The notes under the pieces: generated by a model
The model's database searches: none
Told to the model about the DNA's origin: nothing
Seen by the model: only the letters and a program-made list of their open reading frames with translations
Shown here: one piece after another, positions 61,646 through 64,000 of the stretch
How the letters are laid out: every line of letters starts with the position of its first letter
Position numbering within the stretch: position 1 is the stretch's first letter
Assembly: GCA_017499595.2 (NCBI GenBank)
Contig: CM039007.1
Location: 2,728,001-2,792,000, forward strand
DNA: 64,000 nt
Direction: 5' to 3'
Source of the DNA: Psilocybe cubensis
Lineage: Eukaryota
Made by a program: the position numbers and the translations under genes

Positions 61646-63119
61646 GATGTGGATACACCTACTTTAAGCAGCTGCTCCCGGTCACATTTCTTAGAATACC
61701 AAGATTTATTCACAAAAAGAAGGATGGGGGATATGAAAAGGGCGACATGCAGAGGAATTTTTAAATGAGATGGCGTGACCTCTGAGAGGAACAACGCAGC
61801 ATCAGGATGGCCGCTTGCACTAGGGTATGTTGAGCAGATTGTATCAATGAATAGAGGAAAGAAAACTTACTAGAGATTTGCAAGAGTAGCCGTGTCCGTT
61901 GGAATGTCTGGTAGAACGTGTTCATCGTCCTTCATACCGCGCATTCCTGACAAGATTTGGTAGTGTAGCGAGGCGCAGTACACATTCCCGATTATTTTCC
62001 CCACAACACCCTTGAAGTGGTTACGCGCCAGACAGAGTAATAGCGTTGATTCCGAGGGCCCGCCCTGGGTGAAAGCAGATGACGGCGTGTCACTGATAGA
62101 AGGGGTGTTGATGTTTCTGTGCGACTTAGAGTCGGCTCTGAGGATGCGCTTCCTGGCAGAGCAGAGCATTGCCGGCCAGTCCTTCAAGTCATCTACAAGC
62201 TACAATAATTGTTTGAAAATTAAGAATTAACATTGAGTGACTTCATGATCGCATACCTTGAACCGTGAAAATATTTCCTTAGTTCCTGTGCTGGCCTGTA
62301 TTTCATTCAGGGGCACGGTCACCGGCAACAATGGTCCAAAGGCTGCTGGCCACAACGCTACGAGATCGAGTAGACGGTATGCTGCAAATAAGCTACCACT
62401 AGTCCCTACCACTTTTTATGATAAAACAATAGCAAGTGTTAGCACACTCTTTTTATAACTGTTGATGGTTTTATCACAAAGCAAAATAATGAGAAGACTG
62501 GTCTATTTCTCATAAGTTTACTTCGCTTTTTCAAAGCCTTTTTCATTAGATAATACCCTTCTTTCTCATTATCTTTAGGGCGCTTTTTCATTACCTTTTG
62601 ATTAGATACTAGCCTGGTTATTTGATAAGATTGTTCTACATCAATATATCTTATCTTTGCTTGGTCATTTCTGATGCCATGCCATCAAATCAGGAACACT
62701 GTGGGTACTTCTAGGCCATGTCTATCAATCCATCAAAGCTATTATTAAATAAACTTTTCTCTCCTCGGCCCCTTGGTCTATAAATAGTGCTCATCCTATG
62801 CTACTTTTGTGCATTGCTGGCAATGGATTGGACGCTTTTGGGGGCATTTCTGGACCGTTTCCCTTGGTGTTTTTTGGTAGACCTATAGTTTTAAAGTGTC
62901 CCAATCCGAATATGAAATCAGAATTGCAATATCTTTACTCATTATTGTGCAATTAAGCGTACGATGTTTTGATCAAAAAGCGCACCTTGAATAGCACCAT
63001 CCAGGGGCTGGTATGCACCCTTCTGACTATGCCATTATTTTGTATTTATATTAGACAGAGTACATGCCAAGTTTCAGCTTAATTGGGGCAGTGGAACCTA
63101 TTGAACTAGCATATGCATC

Positions 63120-64000
63120 CTACCTCTCCTCCTACCCCTTGTATGAATACCTTCCTGATCAGATATTTTCAAGCCCAACTGGGATAAAGTAGGCGCTTAT
63201 TATACCAATTTTTAAAGCCTAAAATATTGGTGAAACTTCAAGATTTAAGGGTACTACCCCCTACTCCCTCCAGAACTTGTGTATTTTATTATGGGATAGG
63301 ATGGGCTCTCAGACCATTAAAAGACATGTAGATCCACTACTAACAGTACATAGAGTCCAAAATTTACCCTTGAAAGCCCTCTTCAACAAGGGAACATACT
63401 GATTTAAGGGGGGGTATGAGGATAGGTATGGTAGGTTATTGATCAGGCCATATCTCTATAAATACATTGTCATAAATCATATTGTTGACGTCTACAGATA
63501 CCTATAGTTGCCCCCTAAATATCTTTCTTAGGCTGAAAAATGATCCGTCCATTAGCTGAGATGCTGCAGAGGGAATACCATTCTTCATCAAAATGCATAG
63601 TATTTTCGCATTTACCATATATAAATGATTATGATCAGGAAATATAAAAGCAGGATAGTATAGCCTCAGAATGCAGCTTTCCAGAACATCAAGGATGTTG
63701 TGCATCGGACCAGTGGTTGCTGAGATATGAAAAGAAAGGTGTTGAAGAACCCATCAGAGACCCGGATGGATATTGGCCTTTATTTATGCTTTGTTTGTGG
63801 TCACCTCTTTGGCCTTTCTCCGAGATACATTTTGACATATCTCAGCTCATACTCATCGGATTTCCATGAGTCTATATACCACAGATAGGTGTCATTTAGG
63901 GCTACACAGCCGTATAGTTTATGTATTTTATAAGTGTTATCTTTTACATCATATTTCGCTTTTCCTCCATTTTTGAACAACAATGCTTCTTCTTCTTGTA
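63120..64000 (-). pseudogene. Degraded, CpG-depleted coding relic (probable transposon cargo), runs off the right edge
   Basis: Protein-like frames (..LNDTYLWYIDSWKSDEYELRY.., ..LHNILDVLESCILRLYYPAF..PPLNQYVPLLKRAF..) broken by many TGA/TAG/TAA stops. Confidence 0.4.

Larger units (their letters stand above)
54901..62412 (-). pseudogene. Large multi-exon JmjC-domain (2OG/Fe(II) oxygenase) gene, disrupted by two LTR elements
   Basis: WGLVATEGAFSDIHIDANG..GLKLWI (HxD) and FMRPNTLHMAY..VCRGGHFY (distal His); preceded by an acidic disordered region and basic NLS KRPPKRK. Removing the 55631-57213 insert restores ..ALDYETYRNPDQMFSTK... 5' end uncertain (may extend to ~62850). Confidence 0.75.

Overview
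Eukaryotic, intron-rich fungal DNA, most likely an Agaricomycete (Agaricales-like): ~50-60 nt GT-AG introns, a class II ligninolytic peroxidase, DUF6534 membrane proteins and a Plavaka transposon. The first ~48 kb is gene-dense. It holds two DUF6534 genes, three F-box genes, a divergent transaldolase, an atypical (E/S/D-type) manganese peroxidase, a GPI-type cell-surface protein, an intron-containing tRNA-Gln(UUG), a C2-like/NACHT/ankyrin NLR, a secreted amidohydrolase-2 decarboxylase homologue, an intron-containing Gag-capsid-like gene, a RluA/Pus5-type pseudouridine synthase and several MITEs, including two inverted adjacent pairs. From ~48.4 kb to the end is a decaying large-transposon region: a Plavaka transposase with nonsense codons, a captured Pho85-cyclin fragment and a JmjC-domain gene. 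The most striking feature is two 1,583-bp copies of a pol-less LTR retroelement inserted into the JmjC gene. Each has 277-bp TG..CA LTRs, a 5-bp TSD, a PPT and a Tf1-like self-priming PBS. Its only ORF encodes a coiled-coil + KH-domain RNA-binding protein that appears to be under purifying selection. Exon boundaries, domain calls and substitution counts were read by eye; no database searches were run.
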